From: Gammaproteobacteria bacterium
GTDB lineage: Bacteria > Pseudomonadota > Gammaproteobacteria > UBA4575
DNA length: 64,000 nucleotides
Direction: 5' to 3'
Assembly (NCBI GenBank): GCA_022824965.1
Contig: JAJDYY010000002.1
Span: forward strand, 58,929 to 122,928
Shown here: in pieces, positions 28,376-37,492 of the stretch
Layout of the letters: every line of letters begins with the position of its first letter
How positions within the stretch are numbered: the stretch's first letter is position 1
Translations under genes and position numbers: made by a program
The notes under the pieces: model-generated
Told to the model about the DNA's origin: nothing
The model's database searches: none
The model's input: only the letters and a program-made list of their open reading frames with translations

Positions 28376-29121
28376 GAACCTACTTGTGCAGTCAACACCC
28401 CGTCTTCAATAAGAAGCGTTTTTATATCAATCGCAATCAATTGATCGTGCAAGAATGAAACGCTGTATTCCTGTCGAATGTTGCGGGATTTGTCAATCAG
28501 AAAAGCGCGCAAGACATGCGCCATGGTCCCGGTAAAATTCCCGTCCTCGTCGAATTCCTGAATGACCATCTGCCCGTAGCTACGGAGGATGGGTTCCAGC
28601 ACCTCTTCGGATGAAGTCGTCAAAAACAGCCACTCAGGGTCCCCTTCACTGAATGTCCCGCCATACAGTTTCATCGCCTCAGGCGTGTCCTGCCTGGGAT
28701 CAAAACTGACACTGATCAGGCGAATTTTATCGGCCAGTTCGGGCTCAGCCTTGAACCGCTCCTTGAGTTTGTAGAACACGGCCGTTGCCAAAGGACAGCC
28801 GTTGATTTCCGAGCAATTGGTATAGATAAAGGTAAGGAGAACCAGCTTGTCGCCCAGAAGATCGCTCAACTCCCACTGTTTCCCGTCCGTATCCAAGACG
28901 GTGCCGCTGCCGGCAGCACTAACAACCGGTAAGGGGTAAGTCCCTGGTTCGGGGGGATCGTAAGGGAGTTCCGGTTTCCATCCATCTGCTATCACCTGCA
29001 CATCGACCTGGGCCGCATGTGACCAGGGCATCGGGGCCTCCTCATCGGCCGAACGGTCACAGCCCAACAATGAAACAAGCAGTATCAGGCAAACCGCTGG
29101 ATATCTAAAACCATTCACCAT
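28372..29121 (-). CDS. SCO1/SenC-family copper chaperone lipoprotein
   Basis: LLGC lipobox, YTNCSEINGCP, SVSFDP..DTP, conserved His in MAH. Confidence 0.88.
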   Translation of the reverse strand: MVNGFRYPAVCLILLVSLLGCDRSADEEAPMPWSHAAQVDVQVIADGWKPELPYDPPEPGTYPLPVVSAAGSGTVLDTDGKQWELSDLLGDKLVLLTFIYTNCSEINGCPLATAVFYKLKERFKAEPELADKIRLISVSFDPRQDTPEAMKLYGGTFSEGDPEWLFLTTSSEEVLEPILRSYGQMVIQEFDEDGNFTGTMAHVLRAFLIDKSRNIRQEYSVSFLHDQLIAIDIKTLLIEDGVLTAQVGS

Positions 29122-29144
29122 CTGCAAAATTGTAGCCCATAAAC

Positions 29145-29173
29145 AGCAAGGCCGCCTGTAAGGCGGCCTTGCT
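29145..29173 (-). terminator. Stem-loop downstream of mtoX
   Basis: AGCAAGGCCGCCT-GTA-AGGCGGCCTTGCT 13-bp perfect inverted repeat; short T tract on minus strand. Confidence 0.7.
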
Positions 29174-29221
29174 CCAGATAAAATCTGGCTATTGATTACA
29201 GCATTGTAACAAAGCCGCGTT

Positions 29222-30604
29222 TTACTCTACCCGTTGAGACAGCATTGTGCCTTTTGAGTTCGGCTTTTGTCCATACAGTGAATAGGCACCGAATCGCATC
29301 TGATGCGGTCGGCCCAGATTCTCTGCATAGAAATCAATCGCGAACTTTTGCACAAGCTCTTTACCGTTCCACTCGAACAACTTGAAGAATTGCTCGTCCT
29401 GGTCACCGGTCTTGTCCCAGTTCCCCAGCAGGGATGACGTGAAGTACATGCGCTTTCCATCCCAGCTTTGCGAAGTCATGTTCACTTGTGAACCGATCAC
29501 ATGCTCGTAGGTCTGCTTGGGATTGAACGGATCAGAGATGTCAAAGTGTCTGGTTTTGCCATCCATGAAGGTTTGTACCCAAAGACCCTTGTCATCTGCA
29601 GTGATGGAAATGTCCACTGGCAACGGTACCTGAGAAGGATCACCGATAGCGCCAACAGATTGGGCATGCCACTCACCGGCATCGTCTTCGTGAATCAGCC
29701 AGATCTGCGAAGTCAGTGCGGTTGTGGTGAAGCAGTAGTTATTCTGGGAACCCCATGCACAGCGGATTTCCAAAGGTGAACCCGGGACTTCAAACACTTT
29801 CTTGGGCTTGCGGGTATGCAGGTCCCAGACAACCACGGTGTTGCCGAATCGCTTCATGGCCTCTGCGTCTCCAAGCATTTTGCCGAAGTCCATCATGTAG
29901 TTGGACCAGCCTGTGAAAGAGGAGGTAACCATGACGTTACGGCGTGGCAATACGCGGACATCATAACCGTATCCGTCTGCGATATTCCCGACTTTTACAG
30001 CACCACGCATGTCTTCATCCGTCGGCATCCAGTGCGCCGCTACAAACTCACCTTCGTTGGTGAACTCTGCAAGGCCTGTTCTGCCGCCATGATCCTTGTT
30101 GTTGGACAGTGCGCTGACCATGATTCTGCCCGGAAGAGCGTACATGGTGTGCGGACCAACCATACCACCGGTTTTCTCTACAAAATCGGTGATCACTTTA
30201 TGCAGGGAAGGCTTGCTTGGATTGGAATGGACATCAAAGATAAAGATCTTGTTGGTGTCCAAGCCACCTGCAAACAGATAACGGCGGTCATCTGTTAAAC
30301 CGGAATGATGTGCCTCATTACGACCACCTACAGAAAGTACATTGACGACTTTCCCGTAGTGTGGAGACTCTGGGTTCACCGAGACGGTGACCAGCTTGTC
30401 TTGACCATCACCAACACCTTCCTTACCTAGCGTCCAGATATACACATAATCTTCCTGACCAACAATCTTGGCCATATAGGGAGACATACAAGTCTCATCC
30501 GCAATGGCAGCAGACTGAAAGCCAACTACAGATGCCAGCAGGACACACAGGGAAGCGAGGCTGCCTTGTATCCACCTAGCGTGTAACTTTGACATTTTTT
30601 TCAT
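29222..30604 (-). CDS. mtoX: Methanethiol oxidase (selenium-binding protein family), periplasmic
   Basis: Signal peptide then DETCMSPY, NEAHH, GPHT, GYGYD, SSFTGW, SQSWDGKR.YFTSSLL.NWD; followed by SCO and MauG-like genes. Confidence 0.93.
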   Translation of the reverse strand: MKKMSKLHARWIQGSLASLCVLLASVVGFQSAAIADETCMSPYMAKIVGQEDYVYIWTLGKEGVGDGQDKLVTVSVNPESPHYGKVVNVLSVGGRNEAHHSGLTDDRRYLFAGGLDTNKIFIFDVHSNPSKPSLHKVITDFVEKTGGMVGPHTMYALPGRIMVSALSNNKDHGGRTGLAEFTNEGEFVAAHWMPTDEDMRGAVKVGNIADGYGYDVRVLPRRNVMVTSSFTGWSNYMMDFGKMLGDAEAMKRFGNTVVVWDLHTRKPKKVFEVPGSPLEIRCAWGSQNNYCFTTTALTSQIWLIHEDDAGEWHAQSVGAIGDPSQVPLPVDISITADDKGLWVQTFMDGKTRHFDISDPFNPKQTYEHVIGSQVNMTSQSWDGKRMYFTSSLLGNWDKTGDQDEQFFKLFEWNGKELVQKFAIDFYAENLGRPHQMRFGAYSLYGQKPNSKGTMLSQRVE

Positions 30605-30884
30605 ATCTACAGGACTCCGTATCGTTTTTATTGATTGGAACTTGAACCTATTACATTCTTCTTTGAAGTGTTCAATTTAAAATTATGCCACATCTGATAG
30701 CCTATTCAAAGCTGTATCCTGCCGGGTGCTTCGGCTCTCCAACCTACTAAATACAGGGTCCGCCAGTGCATACATGGGGGAATGAGCCCGCCAGTGGAAT
30801 TCATCTCCCCGTTGTCTGGCAATTGCCGGACACCCCATCAAACGGCTGGCGAGCACAACTCCTTCGAATGCCTGGGTAAGGCCA

Positions 30885-31271
30885 TTATTTGTATTGGATA
30901 TAGGCGAAACGCGGGTCACTGGGCGTGCCCTCGAGATCACCATCCTCCTGGCCAGGCTGCCACATCAGCACATTTTCGATTTTTGCAGCCAACTCGAAGT
31001 CCTTGTTCGTGACCCCCTTGGCCGCATGATTCATCAGCTTGCAGACGACGAAGGCATACGACACGGTAAGGTCCGGGTGATGAAACGCGGCTTCAGCCAG
31101 ATGACCAATGGTGTTCACGACCATGAGCGTGGCTTTCCAGCCGTGCGTCCGGTACTTTCTGCGGATCCAGCCGTTCTCGTAATACCAGGTGGGCAGCTCT
31201 TCGGATAGCCGCTCCTTGATTTGCTCCTCCGTGTAGGTTTGTTCAGATTTGATATCGCGCCACTTGGACAT
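30885..31271 (-). CDS. Pterin-4-alpha-carbinolamine dehydratase family protein
   Basis: AEAAFHHPDL, H..KGVT.KDFELA motifs. Confidence 0.88.
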   Translation of the reverse strand: MSKWRDIKSEQTYTEEQIKERLSEELPTWYYENGWIRRKYRTHGWKATLMVVNTIGHLAEAAFHHPDLTVSYAFVVCKLMNHAAKGVTNKDFELAAKIENVLMWQPGQEDGDLEGTPSDPRFAYIQYK

Positions 31272-31351
31272 ATGATTCCTACTCCGCAAAAACTTTCCGG
31301 TAACTCAACACCATTCTACCAATCCCCTCGGACCCACCACAATACGGTTTT

Positions 31352-32224
31352 TCAGGAGCTTGACAATCCCGCGGCTTTGGCAACATTTTGCATCAACATG
31401 GCTACCGTCATGGGACCGACACCGCCTGGTACCGGAGTAATTCTCGATGCGACCTTTCTGACCTCTTCAAAATCGACGTCGCCCACAAGACAGACCTTGC
31501 CCTGCTCTTCGATCCGGTTGATTCCGACATCAATGACCACGGCTCCTGGCTTGACCATATCCGCCGTGATAAAACGGGAACGCCCGATGGCCGCAATCAG
31601 GATATCCGCCTGCAGGGTATGGGCCTTGATATTGCTTGTCCTTGAGTGGCAAAGCGTGACGGTTGCATTGGCTGTGTCGGTTTTCTGGACCAGCAGGTTC
31701 GTCAGCGGTTTGCCAACGATGTTGCTGCGCCCGACAATCACTACGTGCTTTCCGCTCGTCTCGATCCCGCTTTTTAAGATCATCTGTGACACCCCGAATG
31801 GGGTGCAGGGAATGAACGTGTCGAGCCCGGTGATCAGCCTGCCGGCATTGTAGGGATGAAAACCGTCTACATCCTTTTGTGGCGAAATTGCTGAAATGAT
31901 GTTGTATTCGTTGACATGGGAAGGGAGCGGCAGCTGCACCAGGATGCCATGCACGCCGGAGTCACAATTCAGCCGTTCAATCAATTCCGTCAACCCGGAC
32001 TCAGCCACATCCTTCGCAAGGTGGTGCTGGATTGAACGTATGCCAACTTCCTGACTTGCCTTTCGCTTTGCAGCGACATAGGTACGAGAGGCTGGATCAT
32101 CCCCGACCAAAATAACGGCCAGACACGGACGTACGCCCTTTTGCTTGAGCACACTGACCTGTGCAGCAACTTCTTCCCTGATCCGGGCTGCAATCAGTTT
32201 CCCATCAATTAATGATGCAGCCAT
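31352..32224 (-). CDS. folD: Bifunctional methylene-THF dehydrogenase/cyclohydrolase
   Basis: GILVQLPLP, KDVDG, PCTP, GRSNIVGKP, PVPGGVGPMT. Confidence 0.97.
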   Translation of the reverse strand: MAASLIDGKLIAARIREEVAAQVSVLKQKGVRPCLAVILVGDDPASRTYVAAKRKASQEVGIRSIQHHLAKDVAESGLTELIERLNCDSGVHGILVQLPLPSHVNEYNIISAISPQKDVDGFHPYNAGRLITGLDTFIPCTPFGVSQMILKSGIETSGKHVVIVGRSNIVGKPLTNLLVQKTDTANATVTLCHSRTSNIKAHTLQADILIAAIGRSRFITADMVKPGAVVIDVGINRIEEQGKVCLVGDVDFEEVRKVASRITPVPGGVGPMTVAMLMQNVAKAAGLSSS

Positions 32225-32516
32225 AGGTATTCAACCAAAATCATGCGGCGCCCAAAAAAACCCCCGTGAGCCTGCAGGCATTTTATCAGTAAAATTCTTG
32301 TCGGGTTCCTGATACCTGGCAAACTGCCGGGTTGTTTCTGCATAGAACAGGCTTTCTGGTTGCAGCTTCGCTTTTTCGGAAATTCAAGCCATCGCCTGCG
32401 AGCATTTCAGCGCATGCCTGAAATTCCCTATGTCAACATCGGCTGCATGATCCCCGGGGCCGGGATGTTGTCCACCATGATGCAACTGACAGTGGACACT
32501 GGGGGAGACTCATGTC

Positions 32517-32552
32517 ATGGATTCCGGCAAACCCAAGTCAGCCGGAATCCAT
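32517..32552 (-). terminator. Stem-loop downstream of the EGKCG peptide gene
   Basis: ATGGATTCCGGC-N12-GCCGGAATCCAT 12-bp perfect inverted repeat; no clear U tract. Confidence 0.5.
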
Positions 32553-32583
32553 AGATGATATCTCGGCAATCAGCATCAGCGGC

Positions 32584-32904
32584 CTAGCTGCCCCCACATT
32601 TGCCTTCGCCGCATTTTCCCTCTTCGGTCTTGCCTTCTCCGGAGGCATCTGCATCAGCTTCTTCACCTCCGCATTTTCCTTCACCGCACTTGCCTTCGCC
32701 GCATTTTCCCTCTTCGGTCTTTTCTTCTTCAGCAGCGCCCTCTTCGGCTCCACCCTGGCTATCAGCCACCATGTACCCGGAAGACAGTTCCGTCATTTGG
32801 AACGGATTTTCATCCGCATGTGCCGTGGATATCGCGAATGCGCCTGTGGCCAGGGCTGCACTTACTGCTACGACCAGCGGTTTCAATTCGGATCTGGTTT
32901 TCAT
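32584..32904 (-). CDS. HvfA-like EGKCG-repeat secreted peptide (MNIO/DUF692 RiPP precursor family)
   Basis: AGGAG RBS, signal peptide, NPF...LSSGY motif, five EGKCG repeats. Confidence 0.88.
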   Translation of the reverse strand: MKTRSELKPLVVAVSAALATGAFAISTAHADENPFQMTELSSGYMVADSQGGAEEGAAEEEKTEEGKCGEGKCGEGKCGGEEADADASGEGKTEEGKCGEGKCGGS

Positions 32905-33242
32905 GAGATTCTCCTGTAGTTTGTGTGTCTGACTGCTCTTCAAGACAGGCTGTCTTAAAGAGACGCTCTGTGCCATCCATTATCCCTGGCCCAAGAAGCT
33001 AGCATATTGAATCCGGCCGGACCAACCGTGATACTATCCGCACGATTGCAACGCCAGCAAGCTGTTAGGGCAGTGCGGGTCCTGACCCGCTTTCGATATA
33101 TCCAGCTGACGACTGTTTCAGATTGTTACACCTGCAACGTCATGCACGTTTGGACTGCTTTACACCGGGAAAGTTCTTCGAAAGCTGAAACGCAGGGCAC
33201 AGGATACGATCACCTAGTTCTCGGAAAAAGAATGAACACCTT

Positions 33243-33758
33243 ATGACTGTCAAGGGCATTATCGCGGCGATATGGAGCGTGCTCGGGCTGCTTTCGCTGC
33301 TGGGCTATGCCATCTGGAGGTTATCCCTGTACACCTATGAATCCCTGCAGATGCCGCTGAGCTGGATCCACTGGATGGTGTTCATCGGTTTCATGCTCTT
33401 CATGGCACACAGTGAAGGCTACAAGGGATTCCAGAAAAGTTTCTCGCCCCGCTATGCGGCCCGCACGAAATACCTGTCAACCCACAGCACCTGGACCCAG
33501 TGCATCCTGGCCCCTTTCTTCAGCATGGGTTTTTTTCATGCACCGAGAAGACGGGTGCTGACCACCGTTGCACTGACCGTCATGATTGTGCTCTTCATCC
33601 TGACGTTCCGCTACGTCCCGCAACCATGGAAAGGTCTGCTGGATGCAGGGGTCGTCATCGGGCTCATATGGGGTGCCGTCTCCACGATCCTGTTCTGCAT
33701 CAAGGCATTTTCAGATGCGCAACACCCGTGGGATGCAGAGATCGAAACCCCGTACTGA
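33243..33758 (+). CDS. Hypothetical membrane protein
   Basis: 171 aa with about 4 hydrophobic helices and EGYKGFQK.FSP segment. Confidence 0.75.
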   Translation: MTVKGIIAAIWSVLGLLSLLGYAIWRLSLYTYESLQMPLSWIHWMVFIGFMLFMAHSEGYKGFQKSFSPRYAARTKYLSTHSTWTQCILAPFFSMGFFHAPRRRVLTTVALTVMIVLFILTFRYVPQPWKGLLDAGVVIGLIWGAVSTILFCIKAFSDAQHPWDAEIETPY

Positions 33759-33783
33759 TCCAAAGACCCTCTGGAAACAGGCG

Positions 33784-34632
33784 CTAGCTTCCTGTGGTGG
33801 CAACTGCTGGACTTCCGCGGGTGGAAATCGCCCAGGCCACGTCGATGGCCTGGCGATTTTGCCAAACGTCGTGGACGCGGAAAATCCTGACCCCTGCCAG
33901 AACGCCCAGTGCCGAGGTCGCGCAGGTCGCCGGCATCCTGGCCTGCGGGTCTTCCTGTTTCGAGATTTCACCGATGAAGCGTTTGCGGCTGGTGCCCAGC
34001 AACACTGGGTAACCCAGTCCTGTCAGTTTCTCCAGATCTCTCAATAGCTCCAGGTTGTGTTGCGTTCTTTTCCCAAAGCCGATACCCGGGTCAAGAATGA
34101 TGTTTTCCTGCCTGACCCCCATCGTTTTCGCTTGCTCGGCCTGCTCCAGCAGGAAATCGGAAACTTCCTGTGTGACGTTCTGATACCGGGGATTCTCCTG
34201 CATGGTGGCAGGCTCTCCGAGCATATGCATCAGGCAAATCGGCACGTCTGCGCTCGCCGCGAGTCCCAGCAAGTCCGGGTCATCCCGGCCTGCGCTCACA
34301 TCGTTCAGCATGGTGGCGCCGCTATCCAGTGCCGCCCTGGCGACTTCGGACAGGGTCGTGTCGATACTGATGTGAACGGCTTCAGGCAACTCTGCACGAA
34401 GCCCGGCGATCACATCGATCACCCTGCGCTTTTGCTCGGCTGCATCCACGCGCTTTGAGCCCGGCCGCGTGGACTCCCCGCCCACATCGATAATATCAGC
34501 CCCCTGCGCGACCATCTCGACTCCGCACGCAATCGCTTCCCGGGAAGACGGGTACGCCCCGCCGTCTGAAAAACTGTCCGGGGTCACATTGAGGATGCCC
34601 ATCAGGAGCGGTTTGGAATAATCGAGCGGCAT
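33784..34632 (-). CDS. folP: Dihydropteroate synthase
   Basis: MGILNVTPDSFSDGG, GGESTRPG, DPGIGFGK, SRKRF, RVHDV. Confidence 0.97.
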   Translation of the reverse strand: MPLDYSKPLLMGILNVTPDSFSDGGAYPSSREAIACGVEMVAQGADIIDVGGESTRPGSKRVDAAEQKRRVIDVIAGLRAELPEAVHISIDTTLSEVARAALDSGATMLNDVSAGRDDPDLLGLAASADVPICLMHMLGEPATMQENPRYQNVTQEVSDFLLEQAEQAKTMGVRQENIILDPGIGFGKRTQHNLELLRDLEKLTGLGYPVLLGTSRKRFIGEISKQEDPQARMPATCATSALGVLAGVRIFRVHDVWQNRQAIDVAWAISTRGSPAVATTGS

Positions 34633-34667
34633 GGATATGTCCTTAGAGCATGAGGGTCCGTACAAGC

Positions 34668-35612
34668 CTAACGAGGCGTGGACTCATCAGACCACAGCAC
34701 TTTGACCTCGCTCCCGATTTCAAATTGCATCAGGTCTTCTCCCATGTATACCTCGCCCTCATAGGTTTCGCGCAAGCCGCGCATGACCTCATCCCGGCCC
34801 AGGCCAGCCAGGATCACGTGCGTCAGCACGGTCACTTTCGCCCGGGTTTCATGCAGGACACGCGTCATTTGCCCGGGGTTGGTGTGATAGGCCTCGACTC
34901 TTCGCAAACGGGGATTTCTCGCAAGCAGGTCCGGGTGCGCCGCAAAAAACTCGTGGATCAACACATCCACCCCGCGCGCCTGGGTCACCAGGGTTTCCGA
35001 GTAGGTGGTATCCCCGGAAATCACCACGGAACGGTCGCCGAAATCGATCCGGTACCCGTAGGCAGGCTCCACCGCCCCGTGATCCACCAGGAACGCAGTG
35101 ACCTTGACCCGTTCCTGTGAGTACACCACGCCCGGCTCGATTTCACGGGCCAGTAGCCGGACGGAGTTCTTGGCCAGGCCGGAGTACTGGTTGCGAACGG
35201 AAATGTCGTAGCGGAAGGCCTGCTCCAGTGACGTGGCCAGGTTCGAGGTGCCGGCTGGCCCATGTACGGTGAGCGGCTTCGGGCGCTGGTACACCCAGCC
35301 CGTGATCCACAGGTCATCCAAGCCAAAGATGTGATCCGAATGCAGGTGCGTCAGGAATACCGTATCGATATCCGAAATCGGCATCCCGGTCTGCGCCAGC
35401 CGCTGCACGATGCTGCGCCCTGCATCGAACAGCAGTTTCTTGCCGCCCGCTTCGACCAGAACTGCCGGACCTGCCCGGTCTGCATCAACGCGCGGGCTGC
35501 CGGTGCCGAGCAGGGTCACCCGCATGAACTCCGCCTGGGCTGCGAGTGGTGCCGCCAGCAGCGCAGTACAAAAAAGCAGGCCGGAAAACACCCTGGACAC
35601 GGACATCCCCAT
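34668..35612 (-). CDS. Exported RNase Z/arylsulfatase-like MBL-fold hydrolase
   Basis: Signal peptide, LLGTGSP, THLHSDH, SGDT, HE, YHT, LTH motifs. Confidence 0.85.
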   Translation of the reverse strand: MGMSVSRVFSGLLFCTALLAAPLAAQAEFMRVTLLGTGSPRVDADRAGPAVLVEAGGKKLLFDAGRSIVQRLAQTGMPISDIDTVFLTHLHSDHIFGLDDLWITGWVYQRPKPLTVHGPAGTSNLATSLEQAFRYDISVRNQYSGLAKNSVRLLAREIEPGVVYSQERVKVTAFLVDHGAVEPAYGYRIDFGDRSVVISGDTTYSETLVTQARGVDVLIHEFFAAHPDLLARNPRLRRVEAYHTNPGQMTRVLHETRAKVTVLTHVILAGLGRDEVMRGLRETYEGEVYMGEDLMQFEIGSEVKVLWSDESTPR

Positions 35613-35613
35613 G

Positions 35614-37416
35614 CTATTTTTCCAGATGCAGTGCAGCCAGGAAGGCTTCCTGGGGAATTTCAACCTTGCCGATCTGCTTCATGCGTTTCTTTCCCGCCTT
35701 TTGTTTTTCCAGCAGCTTCTTCTTGCGCGTGACGTCGCCACCATAACACTTTGCGGTCACATTTTTTCGCAGCGCCTTGGCCGTCGTCCTGGCTATGATC
35801 TTCGAACCGATTGCGGCCTGTATGGCGACATCGTACATTTGTCTCGGAATGATCTCCCTCATCTTTTCAGCGAGTTCCCTGCCATAGGTTTCTGCCTGGT
35901 TCCTGTGCACGACGGCAGACAACGCATCCACCCGCTCACCATTGATCAGGATATCGAGCTTGGCCAGGGGTGCCGCCGCAAAATGAGACGACTCATAATC
36001 AAAGGAGGCGTAACCGCGGCTGACCGATTTCAGCTTGTCGAAAAAATCCAGCGCCACTTCGCTGAGCGGCAATTCAAACACCAAAGAGACCTGATTGCCA
36101 TGATAGTGCAGACTTTTCTGGGTGCCCCGCCTTTCCATGCACAGGGTGATCACATTGCCGACATACTTGTGCGGCACCAGGATGGATGCCTGGATCACCG
36201 GTTCCCGGACTTCCCGAATCTCGTTGGCCGCCGGCAACGCGGAGGGGTTATGGATATAGCGGGTTTCACCATCCGTCGTATGGACTTCATACACGACCGT
36301 AGGGGCCGTGGTTATCAGGTCCAGTGAGTATTCGCGCTCCAGGCGCTCCTGGACAATTTCCATATGCAGCATGCCGAGAAAACCGCATCGAAAGCCGAAG
36401 CCCAGGGCATCCGATGTTTCCGGTTCATAGGTGAACGCCGAGTCGTTTAGACGAAGTTTCTCAAGGGCCGAACGAAACGGTTCGTAGTCGTTGGAATTGA
36501 TCGGAAAGACGCCCGCAAAGACATTGGGCTGGACTTCCTTGAACCCCTCAAGGGGACGGTCCGCAGGATTTGAGGAAGAGGTGAAGGTGTCCCCTATCTT
36601 TGCTGCGGAAACATCCTTGATCCCGCAGACCACGAAACCCACCTGTCCCGACTCCAAGCCCTCCGTGTTGGTGCGTTTGGGTGTGAATATTCCCAGTTTC
36701 TCGACCTGGTAGCGCTGACCCGATGACATGGCCGTGATTTTCTGTCTCGGCTTGATGGTGCCCTGCATCACGCGCACCAGCGAGATCACACCCACGTAAC
36801 TGTCAAACCACGAGTCGATGACCAGCGCTTTCAGCGGTCCAGATTCCATCCCCGTGGGAGCTGGAAACCGGTGCACGATGGCCTCAAGTACCTCTTCCAC
36901 CCCCTGCCCGGTTTTGGCACTTACCAGCAGCGGTTGCGATGCATCAATGCCGATCACGTCCTCGATCTCGGACACTACGCGGTCAGGGTCCGCTGATGGC
37001 AGGTCGATCTTGTTCAATACAGGGATGATCTCCAGACCAAGGGCCATCGCGGTGTGGCAATTGGCAACACTCTGGGCCTCCACGCCCTGGCAGGCATCCA
37101 CGATCAGCAGTGCGCCTTCACAGGCCGCCAGGGAACGCGACACCTCGTAGGAGAAATCGACGTGCCCGGGAGTATCGATGAAATTCAGTTCGTATTTCTG
37201 GCCGTCACCGGCCTGGTATTGCAAGGACACGCTCTGCGCCTTGATCGTGATGCCCCGCTCACGTTCAAGATCCATGGAGTCCAGTACCTGTTCGCTCATC
37301 TCTCGCTCGGACAGGCCCCCGCAGTGCTGGATGAAGCGGTCCGCTAACGTGGATTTGCCATGGTCAATGTGTGCAATGATTGAAAAGTTGCGAATTCGCT
37401 CCATGTCATGAACCAC
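35614..37416 (-). CDS. lepA: Elongation factor 4
   Basis: [33 protein letters not shown]. Confidence 0.98.
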   Translation of the reverse strand: MVHDMERIRNFSIIAHIDHGKSTLADRFIQHCGGLSEREMSEQVLDSMDLERERGITIKAQSVSLQYQAGDGQKYELNFIDTPGHVDFSYEVSRSLAACEGALLIVDACQGVEAQSVANCHTAMALGLEIIPVLNKIDLPSADPDRVVSEIEDVIGIDASQPLLVSAKTGQGVEEVLEAIVHRFPAPTGMESGPLKALVIDSWFDSYVGVISLVRVMQGTIKPRQKITAMSSGQRYQVEKLGIFTPKRTNTEGLESGQVGFVVCGIKDVSAAKIGDTFTSSSNPADRPLEGFKEVQPNVFAGVFPINSNDYEPFRSALEKLRLNDSAFTYEPETSDALGFGFRCGFLGMLHMEIVQERLEREYSLDLITTAPTVVYEVHTTDGETRYIHNPSALPAANEIREVREPVIQASILVPHKYVGNVITLCMERRGTQKSLHYHGNQVSLVFELPLSEVALDFFDKLKSVSRGYASFDYESSHFAAAPLAKLDILINGERVDALSAVVHRNQAETYGRELAEKMREIIPRQMYDVAIQAAIGSKIIARTTAKALRKNVTAKCYGGDVTRKKKLLEKQKAGKKRMKQIGKVEIPQEAFLAALHLEK

Positions 37417-37492
37417 CTGGACACGCAGGCACCTTCTTGCACCTGTACTCGTGAGTCACCGGGTCGGTGCATGATACCTCATCGGCACCCTG

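Noticed and set aside
32225-32516. DUF692 remnant downstream of the HvfA-like gene
   Set aside because: My manual reading showed no recognisable G.GLR-type start or long frame.
32512-32932. Plus-strand repetitive ORFs (FAAFSLF, SPHFP)
   Set aside because: Antisense shadows of the EGKCG repeats.
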